NCBI GenBank assembly: GCA_965230295.1
Contig: OZ246001.1
Coordinates: 1,984,001-2,048,000 of the forward strand
Direction of reading: 5' to 3'
Length of the DNA: 64,000 nt
Source of the DNA: Marinicella sp.
Lineage (GTDB): Bacteria; Pseudomonadota; Gammaproteobacteria; Xanthomonadales; Marinicellaceae
Below are positions 51,157 to 61,311 of the stretch, one piece after another. Within the stretch, counting starts at the first letter, position 1. Every line of letters begins with the position of its first letter. Under the pieces are notes generated by a model. It searched no databases. It was given only the letters and a program-made list of their open reading frames with translations, and had not been told where the DNA came from. The translations under genes were made by a program, and so were the position numbers.

Positions 51157-51348
51157 TCATTGATCTTCAGCCACAACGTTGATCTCGGCCACCTCGGCAT
51201 CTACAGTGATCACATGAAAAATCAGTGGACGGCAACAAACATAACAATCTTCAACATATGCTTGTTCTGCCACTGAGCAATCAACCACAGTTTCGAATGA
51301 TTCCCAGCAACAAGGGCACTGAATTTTGGTGGTTTCTAATCCATTCAT
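51157..51348 (-). CDS. CPXCG-motif cysteine-rich protein
   Basis: CPCCW...YVEDC.VCCRP. Confidence 0.85.
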   Translation of the reverse strand: MNGLETTKIQCPCCWESFETVVDCSVAEQAYVEDCYVCCRPLIFHVITVDAEVAEINVVAEDQ

Positions 51349-51495
51349 ACTTGTATTGAACCAACAAAATGCGCATGGATAAAGCCCCGAGATAAAAAAA
51401 ATCAAAAAGATTGATGGTTTTTGGTGTCAATTACGCTTTATAGGTTAATGATGCAGACTGTCTTGTAATATCTCTTAATGCTTGGTCTGTTTTCA

Positions 51496-51617
51496 TTGGG
51501 CAGTTGAAAAGCTGCCAACCCTGTGAGTTCTGGCTAATTGGGAATTTAGCGCAGTTACCACAATTAAACGGCTCGTTGGCACTTGGGGGAAGGTGTTAAA
51601 ACGAGCCGTATTTTTTT
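51496..51617 (+). ncRNA. Candidate small RNA (three hairpins ending in an intrinsic terminator)
   Basis: Consecutive stems; the last is ACGGCTCGTT...AACGAGCCGT followed by a T run, on the strand opposite both flanking genes. Confidence 0.4.
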
Positions 51618-51676
51618 GTTTGATATGAAAGTTGTTTTGTTCATCTTATCAGTTTCATATCTGCCATTCGGTCACC

Positions 51677-52177
51677 CTAGGCGACCTTCGCCACCAAGGG
51701 TCTGAGTGTTTTGCCGGTTTCAACACATGCTTTTAATGAGGCCATGGTTTGTTCCAATGAGGACTTCAGTTTGCGGCGCATGATCAAACCATGTAATGCC
51801 TTACCCAAAAGCCCAAAACGGATGTCGTAGCCCAAAGTCACTGTTAATTCAGTGGTGTTTTGGTCTGTCGGTTTGAGCCACCAACTGCTCAAGCCATTGA
51901 TCAGTGGTCCCACAGGTGTGACATCATACACATACCCTTGGCCTTCATCCCATCGTGTGATGTATTCTTCTATTTGGCCAAAATCTGCGAGCTCACAATA
52001 TCGGCCGGCCCCCACTTGCTGTCTTTTTGTTCCCAATGCGTGGGAAGCTTTGACGCCCGGTGCCCAGGTATAAACGTTGTTAAAATCTGCAATCACTTGC
52101 CAAACTTCAGCTTGTTGTGCCTGGATGACAATGGAAGTTTGCTGTTGATGTGGTCGTTCTATCATTGGTGCAATCAT
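51677..52177 (-). CDS. SRPBCC (polyketide cyclase/dehydrase) family protein
   Basis: I.A....VW....DF....W.P and VGA.R.C motifs; AGGAG RBS. Confidence 0.85.
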   Translation of the reverse strand: MIAPMIERPHQQQTSIVIQAQQAEVWQVIADFNNVYTWAPGVKASHALGTKRQQVGAGRYCELADFGQIEEYITRWDEGQGYVYDVTPVGPLINGLSSWWLKPTDQNTTELTVTLGYDIRFGLLGKALHGLIMRRKLKSSLEQTMASLKACVETGKTLRPLVAKVA

Positions 52178-52330
52178 GTTAGATCTCCTAAATGGTTTGT
52201 GGATCAATCCATTATAGGTATCAAACCGGTGCCATATAATTGGTAAAAAATGCAAAGATTTGGTGCATTAATCATCCGTTATGATTATCTTTAGGATAAT
52301 TTATGCTTATTGTTTTTTATGATTAATGCC

Positions 52331-53227
52331 ATGAATTGGGATGACCTCAAGTTTTTTTTAGCGGTCAGTAGGCTGGGTTCTATCAGGTCTGCTGCGCAGC
52401 ATTTAGGGGTAAATCATGCGACTGTGTCAAGGCGCATCAATCAGTTTGAACAAGCCACAGGTCAGCGCTTGTTTGAAAGAACCCCTGGTGGATACATCAG
52501 AACATCTGTGGCTGATCAAATCTATGAGGAGGCCCATCATTTAGAAGAACGGCTGAACACTTTTTCCAGGCGCATCATGGGTGGCAATGATGATTTGTCT
52601 GGTGACATCAGGGTCACCTTGCCACAGTTGTTGGGTGAAGGGTTTTTGATGCCTTCATTTGCGGCTTTTTGTGAACGTTATCCTGCCGTTGAATTAGAAG
52701 TTCTGGCGGCAGCAGAACTGTTTAATTTGAGTCATCGGGAAGCTGATGTGGCTTTCAGAATCTGTCAACAGCCGCCAGACCATTTGATTGGTCGAAAATT
52801 GGTCAGTATGCATCGGGCCTGTTACATCAGTAAAAGCCACAGTGAGTCTATGAAAGACCCCAAGTGGTTGGTACAACAAAACTGGATAGGTTGGTCGGAT
52901 AAGATGCGTCGTCCCATTGGTCAGGTAGCTCGCACATATCCCAGGTTCAAATCCAGGCATAAGATCTTGGAAGGCAATTTACAGGCCAGTGCCTGTGAGC
53001 ATGGCATGGGTATAGCAGTATTGCCTTGTTTTTTGGGAGATCCAAACCCCAACCTGGTACGGATTCCTCCATATGTATCAGAAGCCAAATTTGATTTGTG
53101 GCTCCTGATTCATCCAGACCTGCGCAAGAATGCCAAAATTCAACAGTTTGTGAGGTTTATGGTTGATGCTGTGAAGTCATTGAAACCGTTGTTGATGGGT
53201 CAGTCATATCAAATACCTGAAGATTGA
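52331..53227 (+). CDS. LysR family transcriptional regulator
   Basis: MNWDDL..FLA..R.GS...AA..LG....TVSRRI; divergent from the SRPBCC gene. Confidence 0.93.
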   Translation: MNWDDLKFFLAVSRLGSIRSAAQHLGVNHATVSRRINQFEQATGQRLFERTPGGYIRTSVADQIYEEAHHLEERLNTFSRRIMGGNDDLSGDIRVTLPQLLGEGFLMPSFAAFCERYPAVELEVLAAAELFNLSHREADVAFRICQQPPDHLIGRKLVSMHRACYISKSHSESMKDPKWLVQQNWIGWSDKMRRPIGQVARTYPRFKSRHKILEGNLQASACEHGMGIAVLPCFLGDPNPNLVRIPPYVSEAKFDLWLLIHPDLRKNAKIQQFVRFMVDAVKSLKPLLMGQSYQIPED

Positions 53228-53309
53228 TTGTTTATATTGAGGTGTGGATCACGCCTTACAGGCCGCCAAACGGCTTATAATGGGCGGTTTATTCTATGGG
53301 GGCTTAGCC

Positions 53310-55493
53310 ATGAAAAAGATAATAATTACTGCCATGTTGATTGGCTTGGCAGGGGCGTCAATGGCAGGCACCGTGTCAGCCAATAACCCCGTTATGTTTG
53401 TCACCCAATTCCCAATAGCCAATGATTTTGCCACGATCGGTTCAACCTTTGCCAATCATTCAGATTCCATGCAAAGTGTCGGTAGAGGCGGTGACTTGTA
53501 TATCAGGTACCCCGATGGCAGTTTACGCAATTTAACCCGTGAAGCCGGTTATGGTGTCGTTGGATTCCAAAATGAACATGCCATTGCGGTGCGAGATCCA
53601 CATGTGCATTGGAGTGGTCAGAAAGCACTGTTCAGTATGGTTATTGGCGCACCTGAGCAGTTCGAATACAACGAATATTACTGGCAAATGTACGAAATCA
53701 CCGGGCTTGGGCAAGGTGAAACAGTGGTTATTTCAGCCATTGCTGGACAACCAACAGACTACAACAACATCACGCCCATTTATGGTTCTGATGATGCCGT
53801 TATTTTTACTTCAGACATGCCACGAAGTAAAAACAGGTTTAATTACCCACAATACGACGAATATGAATCAACACCCACCAACACGGGCTTATGGAAACTG
53901 ATGGATGGCCAGGTGAGTTTGTTACAGCATTCTCCTTCAGGCTCATTTTCTCCAATCATAGACAGTTTTGGGCGATTGGTTTTCACCCGATGGGATCATT
54001 TACAACGTGACCAACAAGCCTCCCCGGTCAACGTCAATGGTGCTTTTAATTATTCAAGTGAGCATGCCAGTGCCTCAATGATAGACACAGTTGACGAGGT
54101 TTTTCCTGAACCACGTCCAGCGGAAATTGATTTGTTGCAGGGTACGAATTTAGAAGGGCATCGTTTCAATCACTTTTTCCCTTGGCAGTTGAACCAGGAT
54201 GGCACTGAAGAAGAAACATTGAACCATGTGGGTCGACATGAATTGCACAGTTATTTCAACCGCAGTTTGAATGATGATCCTAATTTGTCTGAATTCATTG
54301 CTGGCGTCAGCAGCAGGCCCAATCAGAACAGCATCTTGAATGTCTTTCAAATCGACGAAGACCCCAATTCAGCCGGGCGTTATGTGGCCGTTGATGCACC
54401 TGAGTTTGCCACCCATGCGGCTGGTCAGCTCATTGCCTTTGATTTGCCGGTAGGTGCTGACCCTTCCTTGGTTACAGTCGATTACCTCAGTCATGAGAGC
54501 ACCCGGAATGTGGTTGCCGATGGGACTCCACCACCACCGGAACATGTGGGTTTTTTTCGTGAACCAGTGACCTTGGGTGATGGACAGTTATTGGCAGTAC
54601 ACACCTCAGAAACCCGCCAGGCCGGAAACGATGGTACCCGTGCAAACCCTCAACCCAGGTATGATTTCACCATCAAATCAGTGGTGCCCAATGGCAACAA
54701 TGATTGGGTGCCCAGTGATCGATTGACTACCCTGGGAAATGTGACCATTTCATATTATGATCCAGATGTGTTGGTCAGTTACACCGGCCCATTGTGGGAA
54801 CTGTCACCTGTTGAAGTGGTGGCCAGGTCTGTACCACCTATGACTCAGGAAACATTACTGGCCCCGGAAGCACAAATATTCGCAGAAGAGAACATCGATG
54901 TGAATGAGTTCAGGGACTTTCTGAAAAACTATGGACTGGCCGTGGTGGTGATGCGTGATGTGACCACCCGTGATGAATTGGATCTGCAACAGCCCTATAA
55001 CCTCAAAGTGGCTGGCAGTCCACACCAAACGATAGCCAATGCAGGATTGTTGTATGAAATGTCACACATGCAATTTGTTCAGGGTGATCAGATCAGGGGG
55101 TATGGTGGCATCAATGACCCGAACCCGGGTCAGCGAGTGATTGCGCAGTTCCAGCATGATCAAAACGCCGCCAACTACAATTTGCCAGTCACCGCTGCAC
55201 CTCCAGGCAGTGCAGACATCTATCCTGACGGATCGGTGGCGATGTTGGTACCAGCCAGGCGAGCCATGAGTTGGCAATCCATGGCACCCAATGGTGATCC
55301 TGTGGTCAGAGAACGGTATTGGATCACTTTCCAACCCGGGGAAATAAGGGCCTGTGGAGGTTGTCACGGCGTCAATCAAATAGACCAAGCAGGTCAGTTG
55401 CCTTCAACCATCAAGGCAGAAGCTTTTAGGCAGTTGTTACGTCACTGGGATACCACATTCACCGATCTGATCTTTGCTGATGATTTTGAATGA
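53310..55493 (+). CDS. Secreted beta-propeller / heme c protein related to the hydrazine synthase alpha middle domain, with C-terminal DLIFADDFE tail
   Basis: Signal peptide, VRDP.VHW.G.K.LFSM, DGS.A..VPA and W...QPGE.R.CGGCH (CxxCH) motifs. Confidence 0.75.
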   Translation: MKKIIITAMLIGLAGASMAGTVSANNPVMFVTQFPIANDFATIGSTFANHSDSMQSVGRGGDLYIRYPDGSLRNLTREAGYGVVGFQNEHAIAVRDPHVHWSGQKALFSMVIGAPEQFEYNEYYWQMYEITGLGQGETVVISAIAGQPTDYNNITPIYGSDDAVIFTSDMPRSKNRFNYPQYDEYESTPTNTGLWKLMDGQVSLLQHSPSGSFSPIIDSFGRLVFTRWDHLQRDQQASPVNVNGAFNYSSEHASASMIDTVDEVFPEPRPAEIDLLQGTNLEGHRFNHFFPWQLNQDGTEEETLNHVGRHELHSYFNRSLNDDPNLSEFIAGVSSRPNQNSILNVFQIDEDPNSAGRYVAVDAPEFATHAAGQLIAFDLPVGADPSLVTVDYLSHESTRNVVADGTPPPPEHVGFFREPVTLGDGQLLAVHTSETRQAGNDGTRANPQPRYDFTIKSVVPNGNNDWVPSDRLTTLGNVTISYYDPDVLVSYTGPLWELSPVEVVARSVPPMTQETLLAPEAQIFAEENIDVNEFRDFLKNYGLAVVVMRDVTTRDELDLQQPYNLKVAGSPHQTIANAGLLYEMSHMQFVQGDQIRGYGGINDPNPGQRVIAQFQHDQNAANYNLPVTAAPPGSADIYPDGSVAMLVPARRAMSWQSMAPNGDPVVRERYWITFQPGEIRACGGCHGVNQIDQAGQLPSTIKAEAFRQLLRHWDTTFTDLIFADDFE

Positions 55494-55655
55494 TTCAATG
55501 GTTATACAGTTGTCATATATAGCACTTAACATATGCCATTAGCAGCATTAAATAAGCTGTGTTAAAATCAATGAACTCAAGCTGAATGATGCCTGAAGTC
55601 TTGAAAGACGGGGATGGTTTGATTGGGTCAATAATAATTAATTTGGGAGAAGAAA

Positions 55656-56102
55656 ATGAAAATAGCAGCAGGTGTGATTTTAATCATTGCAGCCGTGTTT
55701 AATTTGTTTGCCGGATTGGCATATTTGGGTGGTGGCGCGGCCACTCAGGGTTTAAGTGGAGCCGTTGATTCTGCAGTGATGCAACAACAAATGACGGAAG
55801 CAGAAAAAGCCGAATTAGAGCGTGTTCAGGATGAAGTGGGTGGCAGTGCCATGGGCTTGATGGCTTTTGGTGTGTTCTTATTGGTCAGTGTCGGTATCTT
55901 AATTGCCGGCGCCGTATTTTTATTCACCAACAAAAAACCGCAATTTATCTTGATAGCAGGGGGTATGGCGATTGTCGCCGAAGTCATAGGGATATTGATC
56001 ACCACTTTTGGTATCACCAATTTGGTGGGAATAGTTGGTGGTGTGTTGGCCATCATTGCCGCCAAATCAATGGGTGGAGCTGAGGCAGCACCCGTAGAAT
56101 AA
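55656..56102 (+). CDS. Hypothetical membrane protein
   Basis: Four hydrophobic segments, good RBS, followed by a terminator. Confidence 0.8.
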   Translation: MKIAAGVILIIAAVFNLFAGLAYLGGGAATQGLSGAVDSAVMQQQMTEAEKAELERVQDEVGGSAMGLMAFGVFLLVSVGILIAGAVFLFTNKKPQFILIAGGMAIVAEVIGILITTFGITNLVGIVGGVLAIIAAKSMGGAEAAPVE

Positions 56103-56120
56103 TTTCTTTTATTTCAATTC

Positions 56121-56156
56121 ACAGAAGCAACCAGGCTGGTTGCTTCTGTTTTTTTT
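56121..56156 (+). terminator. Rho-independent terminator
   Basis: ACAGAAGCAACC-AGGCT-GGTTGCTTCTGT followed by a T run. Confidence 0.88.
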
Positions 56157-56167
56157 AGGTGTTTCAG

Positions 56168-56983
56168 ATGCGCTCACAAGTGATAAGAAAATTGATAGTG
56201 CAGGACTTGTTCTACGCCCTCAGGAGTGCCAGAGGCGTTTTGTTTCTGGTGTTTTTTTCAGTCTTTTGGTTGTGGGTGTTCTCCAAATTTGGTCAAGTTA
56301 ATACCCAGTGGTTGAGGAACCCGGAAGGTGCCATGGTGTTATCTTGGCTGTTTGATGCCAAAACCGCTCAAGCCCTGTTCGTTGATCGACACCCGGCTTT
56401 TTCACTGTTTTATTTGGTGGCGATCAACACAGCTCCTTTGTTTGTGCTGTTTGCTGCCAGTGACCAAACCGCCAATGACATTGGCAGTAAATACCTGCGC
56501 TTCTTGTTACCCCGCTGTCAGCGCAGTGAAATATATCTGGGTCGATTTTTTGGATGTGTGCTGTTGGTTTGGGCAGCTTATATTGTGGTCAGCCTGATTG
56601 CAGCACTGTGGGTGGTGATGTTCAACGATGCCAGTTTTGCGACCATCATCACTGAATGGTTGTGGGTGGTGGTTTCGTTGATGATTTATGTGTTGCCATT
56701 CATTGCTTTCATGTCATTGTGTTCGGCTTTGGTCGGCTCGGCTGGATTGTCAGCCTTGTTGGGTCTGGGATCTTATCTGATTGTGATCATCATGATCGGA
56801 ATCATGGGAATACGATGGGAAGGCATGGCAGATGCCATTGGCTGGATTTTACCTAACGCCATCAAACCATGGGTCCTGTTGATGGATTTTGGTGCATTGC
56901 TGAAAGCGGCTTTTGTCGGGGGCATATATGTACTGATTTACGGCTGGTTGGGTTGGCTGATGTTTGTCAGGAGGGACATCTGA
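56168..56983 (+). CDS. ABC-2 type transporter permease
   Basis: Six TM, LRFLL.R..RS.IYLGRF motif. Confidence 0.82.
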   Translation: MRSQVIRKLIVQDLFYALRSARGVLFLVFFSVFWLWVFSKFGQVNTQWLRNPEGAMVLSWLFDAKTAQALFVDRHPAFSLFYLVAINTAPLFVLFAASDQTANDIGSKYLRFLLPRCQRSEIYLGRFFGCVLLVWAAYIVVSLIAALWVVMFNDASFATIITEWLWVVVSLMIYVLPFIAFMSLCSALVGSAGLSALLGLGSYLIVIIMIGIMGIRWEGMADAIGWILPNAIKPWVLLMDFGALLKAAFVGGIYVLIYGWLGWLMFVRRDI

Positions 56984-57897
56984 TGAGTGCAATAACAGTC
57001 ACCAATTTATCTAAAAAATATGGCAGCCAGTTTGCTTTGAAAGATGTGTCACTTGAAATCAAATCCAACATCACCACAGGTTTAATTGGCCCCAATGGTG
57101 CGGGAAAAACCACTTTGATGTCATTGATTTGTGATTTCATTCACCCCACCACAGGCACCGTTGAAGTGTTGGGACACCCGGCCCGTTCAGTGGCCCTCAA
57201 GGGCCGCATCACCATTTTGCCGCAAGATGCTCGATTACTGAAATCCTTATCGATCAAGAAACAGTTGGCCATGTTGGCTGAATTGCAAGGCTTTGATGCC
57301 CAAGCTGCGCACCAAGAGTCTTTGCGGGTTTTGGACTTGGTGGGCCTTCGTGAGGCACAAAATAAATTGCCAGAGCATTTAAGTCACGGCATGTTGAAAC
57401 GCACAGCCATTGCCCAAGCTTTGATTGGCCAGCCAGAATTGATTCTGCTTGATGAACCCACAGCTGGCCTGGATCCAAGTACCACCGATTCAATCAAAGC
57501 CGTGATCAAGAACTTGCAGAATAAAGCCACCATCATCATCACTTCACATAATTTGTCGGTGATCGAAGAACTGTGTCAGGAAGTGGTGATTTTGCATCAA
57601 GGTCAATTGCACAAGCACCATGCTTTAGATCAAATTGTGGTGAAACGCGAGGCCCTGACGGTCAAAATGAAGGATCACCCGACCCAAGAACAAATCAATG
57701 AATTGCAGCAGGTCGATTGGGTTAATGAAATCAAGGTAGGTCAACCAGGCAGTTGTCTGATGGTGCTCTACTATGACTCCAATGCGGTAGAAGATGCAGA
57801 GGTCAATCTACTGATGCAGCTGAAGTCCATGAACATGACTTACCGCGAATTCACCAAAGGAGAGCGATTACAAGAATACATGAAAGACAATTTTTAG
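56983..57897 (+). CDS. ABC transporter ATP-binding protein
   Basis: GPNGAGKT, LSHGM and LLDEPTAGLD motifs; TGATG overlap with the permease. Confidence 0.92.
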   Translation: MSAITVTNLSKKYGSQFALKDVSLEIKSNITTGLIGPNGAGKTTLMSLICDFIHPTTGTVEVLGHPARSVALKGRITILPQDARLLKSLSIKKQLAMLAELQGFDAQAAHQESLRVLDLVGLREAQNKLPEHLSHGMLKRTAIAQALIGQPELILLDEPTAGLDPSTTDSIKAVIKNLQNKATIIITSHNLSVIEELCQEVVILHQGQLHKHHALDQIVVKREALTVKMKDHPTQEQINELQQVDWVNEIKVGQPGSCLMVLYYDSNAVEDAEVNLLMQLKSMNMTYREFTKGERLQEYMKDNF

Positions 57898-57970
57898 GTG
57901 ATGTCTTTGTAACTTTGCTTGATTAAAATCGTTTCCATGGGTGATGTTGATAAAACAAGAGGACAGTAAT

Positions 57971-58735
57971 ATGAAAAAAATAGTATGGGCCAGCGCCATT
58001 GGTTTGGTAGCACTTTCTGCTTGGGCAGGTGATGAGTTATCATTTGATCGTTCATTGAGCATGTCTACAGATCGATTGAGTGCTGTGGAATTTGATGTGG
58101 GAGCAGGATCACTGGAGATTGTAGGTACATCCGGAGATGAAATCAGGATCAATGCCACCATCGAATCGGATGACTACCGCAATCTGGACGACCTGATGGA
58201 AGATTTTGAAGATAAAATGCGCTTCGAAATTGACCGGGAAAGTGAGTACGCCATGGTGTATGCCAAGTCTAAAGAAAAAATGAATTGGGGTAGATCGAAA
58301 AACATTGCCATCCACTTAGAAGTTGAAATGCCTCGAGGCATGGATCTGGTGGTTGATGATGGTTCAGGCTCGATCACCATCGAGAACATTGATGGGTTGG
58401 TAACCATCGATGATGGTTCTGGATCCATGACGCTCAGATCGATAGGAAGTGATGTGCGAATAGATGATGGTTCTGGTTCAATCATGATTGCTGGCGTCAA
58501 TGGCGATTTAGACATCGATGATGGTTCAGGATCTGTTGAGTTGAAGGACATCAGTGGTTCTGTTGATATTGAAGACGGTTCAGGCGGGATTTTGGCCAAG
58601 GGTGTTGGTGGAAATTTTAGAGTCGATGATGGTTCAGGAGATGTGATCGTCAAAGGTCTGGATGGTCAGTTTAAACTGATTGATGATGGTTCGGGTTCGA
58701 TTCGGGTCAATGGAGAAAAGTGGGGTAAAAGATAG
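57971..58735 (+). CDS. DUF4097-like beta-strand repeat protein
   Basis: Signal peptide; DDGSG repeats at 19-aa period. Confidence 0.82.
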   Translation: MKKIVWASAIGLVALSAWAGDELSFDRSLSMSTDRLSAVEFDVGAGSLEIVGTSGDEIRINATIESDDYRNLDDLMEDFEDKMRFEIDRESEYAMVYAKSKEKMNWGRSKNIAIHLEVEMPRGMDLVVDDGSGSITIENIDGLVTIDDGSGSMTLRSIGSDVRIDDGSGSIMIAGVNGDLDIDDGSGSVELKDISGSVDIEDGSGGILAKGVGGNFRVDDGSGDVIVKGLDGQFKLIDDGSGSIRVNGEKWGKR

Positions 58736-58840
58736 CCCAACCTTGCCAGAACGACAAGTATAAAAGGCGTGCTCTGTTCACGCCTTTTTCTTTGGTGTAT
58801 CATAAACTTTTTTAATCACTATGAACAAAATATAGAGCAA

Positions 58841-59599
58841 ATGAAAAAAATCATATTAATGGCAATGATGACCTGCATCATCACTTCGGAACTGCAAGCA
58901 GAAAACATGACCTTTCATCGAAGTTTAAGCACTGAAGCACTCGATTTTACAGCAGTAGAAATCATTGCGGGTGCTGGTAACATGGTCGTAGAAGGCAGCG
59001 AATCACAACTCATTGAAATCGATGCGACAGTGGTGTCGAAAGACTATAAAAAGATGGCAAAGTTTGTTGAAGCGTTTGATGACCGGATGTTGTTTCATGT
59101 CAAACAAGTGAATGACAAAATTCAAATCATGGCCAAAGCCAAAAAATCCGCATTCAGCGCACCCAATATTCAAATTAATTTACAAATCAAGGTACCCAAA
59201 AATCTGAATTTATTCATTGATGATGGTTCAGGATCGACAGAGGTAACTGGTCTAACAGGTGCTTTGCATGTTGATGACGAATCAGGACCCATAGCCATTC
59301 GTCAAATCCAAAATAAGGTGACTGTTGAAGATGGTTCCGGGTCATTGTTTCTTGAATCAGTGGTTGGTGATGTTGAAATTAAAGACAAAGCGGGTGCCGT
59401 TGAATTAAGAAGGATTCAAGGTGATGTCATGATTGAAGATGGCTCAGGGAATATTGTTGTTGTCAATATGATTGGCAAGTTAAGCATTGATGACGGTGCG
59501 GGTAATGTGGCCGTAAAAGGGCTTAAAGGTAAATTTAAGTTGATAGATGATGGTGCAGGTACTGTCGTGGTTAATGGACAAACCTGGGCATTAGAATAA
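58841..59599 (+). CDS. DUF4097-like beta-strand repeat protein (tandem paralog)
   Basis: Same architecture with (D/E)DG(S/A)G repeats. Confidence 0.82.
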   Translation: MKKIILMAMMTCIITSELQAENMTFHRSLSTEALDFTAVEIIAGAGNMVVEGSESQLIEIDATVVSKDYKKMAKFVEAFDDRMLFHVKQVNDKIQIMAKAKKSAFSAPNIQINLQIKVPKNLNLFIDDGSGSTEVTGLTGALHVDDESGPIAIRQIQNKVTVEDGSGSLFLESVVGDVEIKDKAGAVELRRIQGDVMIEDGSGNIVVVNMIGKLSIDDGAGNVAVKGLKGKFKLIDDGAGTVVVNGQTWALE

Positions 59600-59625
59600 C
59601 AGACATGTTTTATAGGTGGCCCTTC

Positions 59626-59970
59626 TCAGCGAACTTCTATGTGTCTGATTAAGCCATCATCAACCACCAGCATTTCAGTGCCGGTAAGTACGGTATGAGA
59701 ACCTTGGTGATCGGTGAGGTGGCAAGTGAACGTCACTTCGACAATGTGAGTGGAGTTGGCCTTGATGTCATCGATTTGCCACTGTAAAACACTGTATTGA
59801 GCGAAGAAATTTTTCATCATTGCCATGATGTCATCGACACCAAAATACATTCCGGTGTTGATAGAACTGTAAGTGGCTTTCGGATGTATCATTGATTTGA
59901 TGGCTGTCAGGTCTCCTTGATTTGATAATTCGAAGTACTTTTTGCTGGTATTGATGGCGTTGTGGCTCAT
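59626..59970 (-). CDS. SnoaL-like / NTF2-fold protein
   Basis: YF...N.GD........A.Y and G.I..IEV pattern. Confidence 0.75.
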   Translation of the reverse strand: MSHNAINTSKKYFELSNQGDLTAIKSMIHPKATYSSINTGMYFGVDDIMAMMKNFFAQYSVLQWQIDDIKANSTHIVEVTFTCHLTDHQGSHTVLTGTEMLVVDDGLIRHIEVR

Positions 59971-60037
59971 GGGTCTATTTTGGCACAAAAAAAACCCATT
60001 CTATCAATGGGCTTTGAAAATATGATTGGATGCAGTT

Positions 60038-61300
60038 TTAACCAAAAATGGCCTTCAATACAAAGAAGAATATAATCGATAAACTGGCGCCTGCCGGAAT
60101 GGTAATGACCCAAGATGCAAAAATATTGCGCACCACTTTCAAATCGATTGCGGTGATTCCTCGTGCCATACCTACACCCAATACGGCACCAACCAATGTT
60201 TGGGTGGTGGAAATAGGCATGCCGGTTCCTGACGCCACCACAATGGTGGTAGAAGCCGCCAACTCGGCAGCGAATCCTCTAGAGGGGGTTAAGTGAGTGA
60301 TTTTTTGTCCCACCGTTCTGATCACTCGCACACCATAGGTGGCCAAACCGATCACAATACCAATACCACCCAATAACAGGATCCAGGTTTGGACTCCTGA
60401 TTTGGCAGCAACGATGCCGGTCTGGGCTGTAGAAACAATCGCAGCAACTGGGCCCACTGCATTGGCAACGTCGTTAGAACCATGTGCGAATGCCAGACCC
60501 GAAGCAGTGATCACCATCAAGACAGCAAACACTTTTTCTACGGTGTAAAAATGAAAATCTTTTTCTTTCTTTTTATCAACTTTGATTTTAGATACAAAGT
60601 AAGCACCAATCATGGCCACAATCACACCAGACAAAGCTGCATAAGAATAGGCTTGAGGGTCAGACAGCTCCAGGCCCACATGTTTCAATCCTTTTTTGAT
60701 GGTGACCAAAGTCAATACGAAGGCCGTAATGAACATGTAAAATGGCACATAACGTTTCGCTTTCTCTAGAGGATTCTTTTGTTTCAGGATCAAGTGATGA
60801 ACAGTTTGGAAGATCAAAAAGGCCAAAAATCCGGCTATCACAGGTGTGATGATCCAACTCATTACGATGTCGCCCACTTTGCCCCATTTGATGGCTTCTG
60901 TGCCTATACCAACGGCAGCAAAACCGACCACGGCACCAACAATAGAGTGGGTGGTTGATACCGGCCATCCTTTGCGGGAAGCCAACAACAACCAACAGCC
61001 TGCGGCCAATAACGAAGCCAACATCCCATACACCAATAAATCAGGGCTACCAACAATTGAGCTGGAGTCAATGATGCCTTTGCGGATGGTTGAAGTTACT
61101 GCTCCACCGGCCAAAACAGCCCCAGCAAATTCAAAGATGGCTGCAATAATGATGGCTTGTTTGATGGTGATGGCTTTGGAGCCGACCGAAGTTGCCATGG
61201 CATTGGCCACGTCATTGGCGCCAATACCCCAAGCCATGAAACCACCAAAGATGGCAGCCAAAGCGACATAGGTTAAACCGTATGTTAATTCAAATTCCAT
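60038..61300 (-). CDS. pitA: Inorganic phosphate transporter (PiT family)
   Basis: GANDVAN, PVSTTH, HGSNDVAN and PISTT motifs. Confidence 0.93.
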   Translation of the reverse strand: MEFELTYGLTYVALAAIFGGFMAWGIGANDVANAMATSVGSKAITIKQAIIIAAIFEFAGAVLAGGAVTSTIRKGIIDSSSIVGSPDLLVYGMLASLLAAGCWLLLASRKGWPVSTTHSIVGAVVGFAAVGIGTEAIKWGKVGDIVMSWIITPVIAGFLAFLIFQTVHHLILKQKNPLEKAKRYVPFYMFITAFVLTLVTIKKGLKHVGLELSDPQAYSYAALSGVIVAMIGAYFVSKIKVDKKKEKDFHFYTVEKVFAVLMVITASGLAFAHGSNDVANAVGPVAAIVSTAQTGIVAAKSGVQTWILLLGGIGIVIGLATYGVRVIRTVGQKITHLTPSRGFAAELAASTTIVVASGTGMPISTTQTLVGAVLGVGMARGITAIDLKVVRNIFASWVITIPAGASLSIIFFFVLKAIFG

Positions 61301-61311
61301 GATACTCCCCT

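Noticed and set aside
51499-51562. c-di-GMP-I riboswitch (TAGCGCAGTTACC resembles its 3' end)
   Set aside because: The GGCAAA...GACGCAAA core is missing and there is no downstream gene on that strand.
58174-58653. Antisense PEPSS-repeat ORF and other long shadow ORFs (e.g. 7711-8334, 6896-7354)
   Set aside because: They are mirror images of well-supported genes on the opposite strand.
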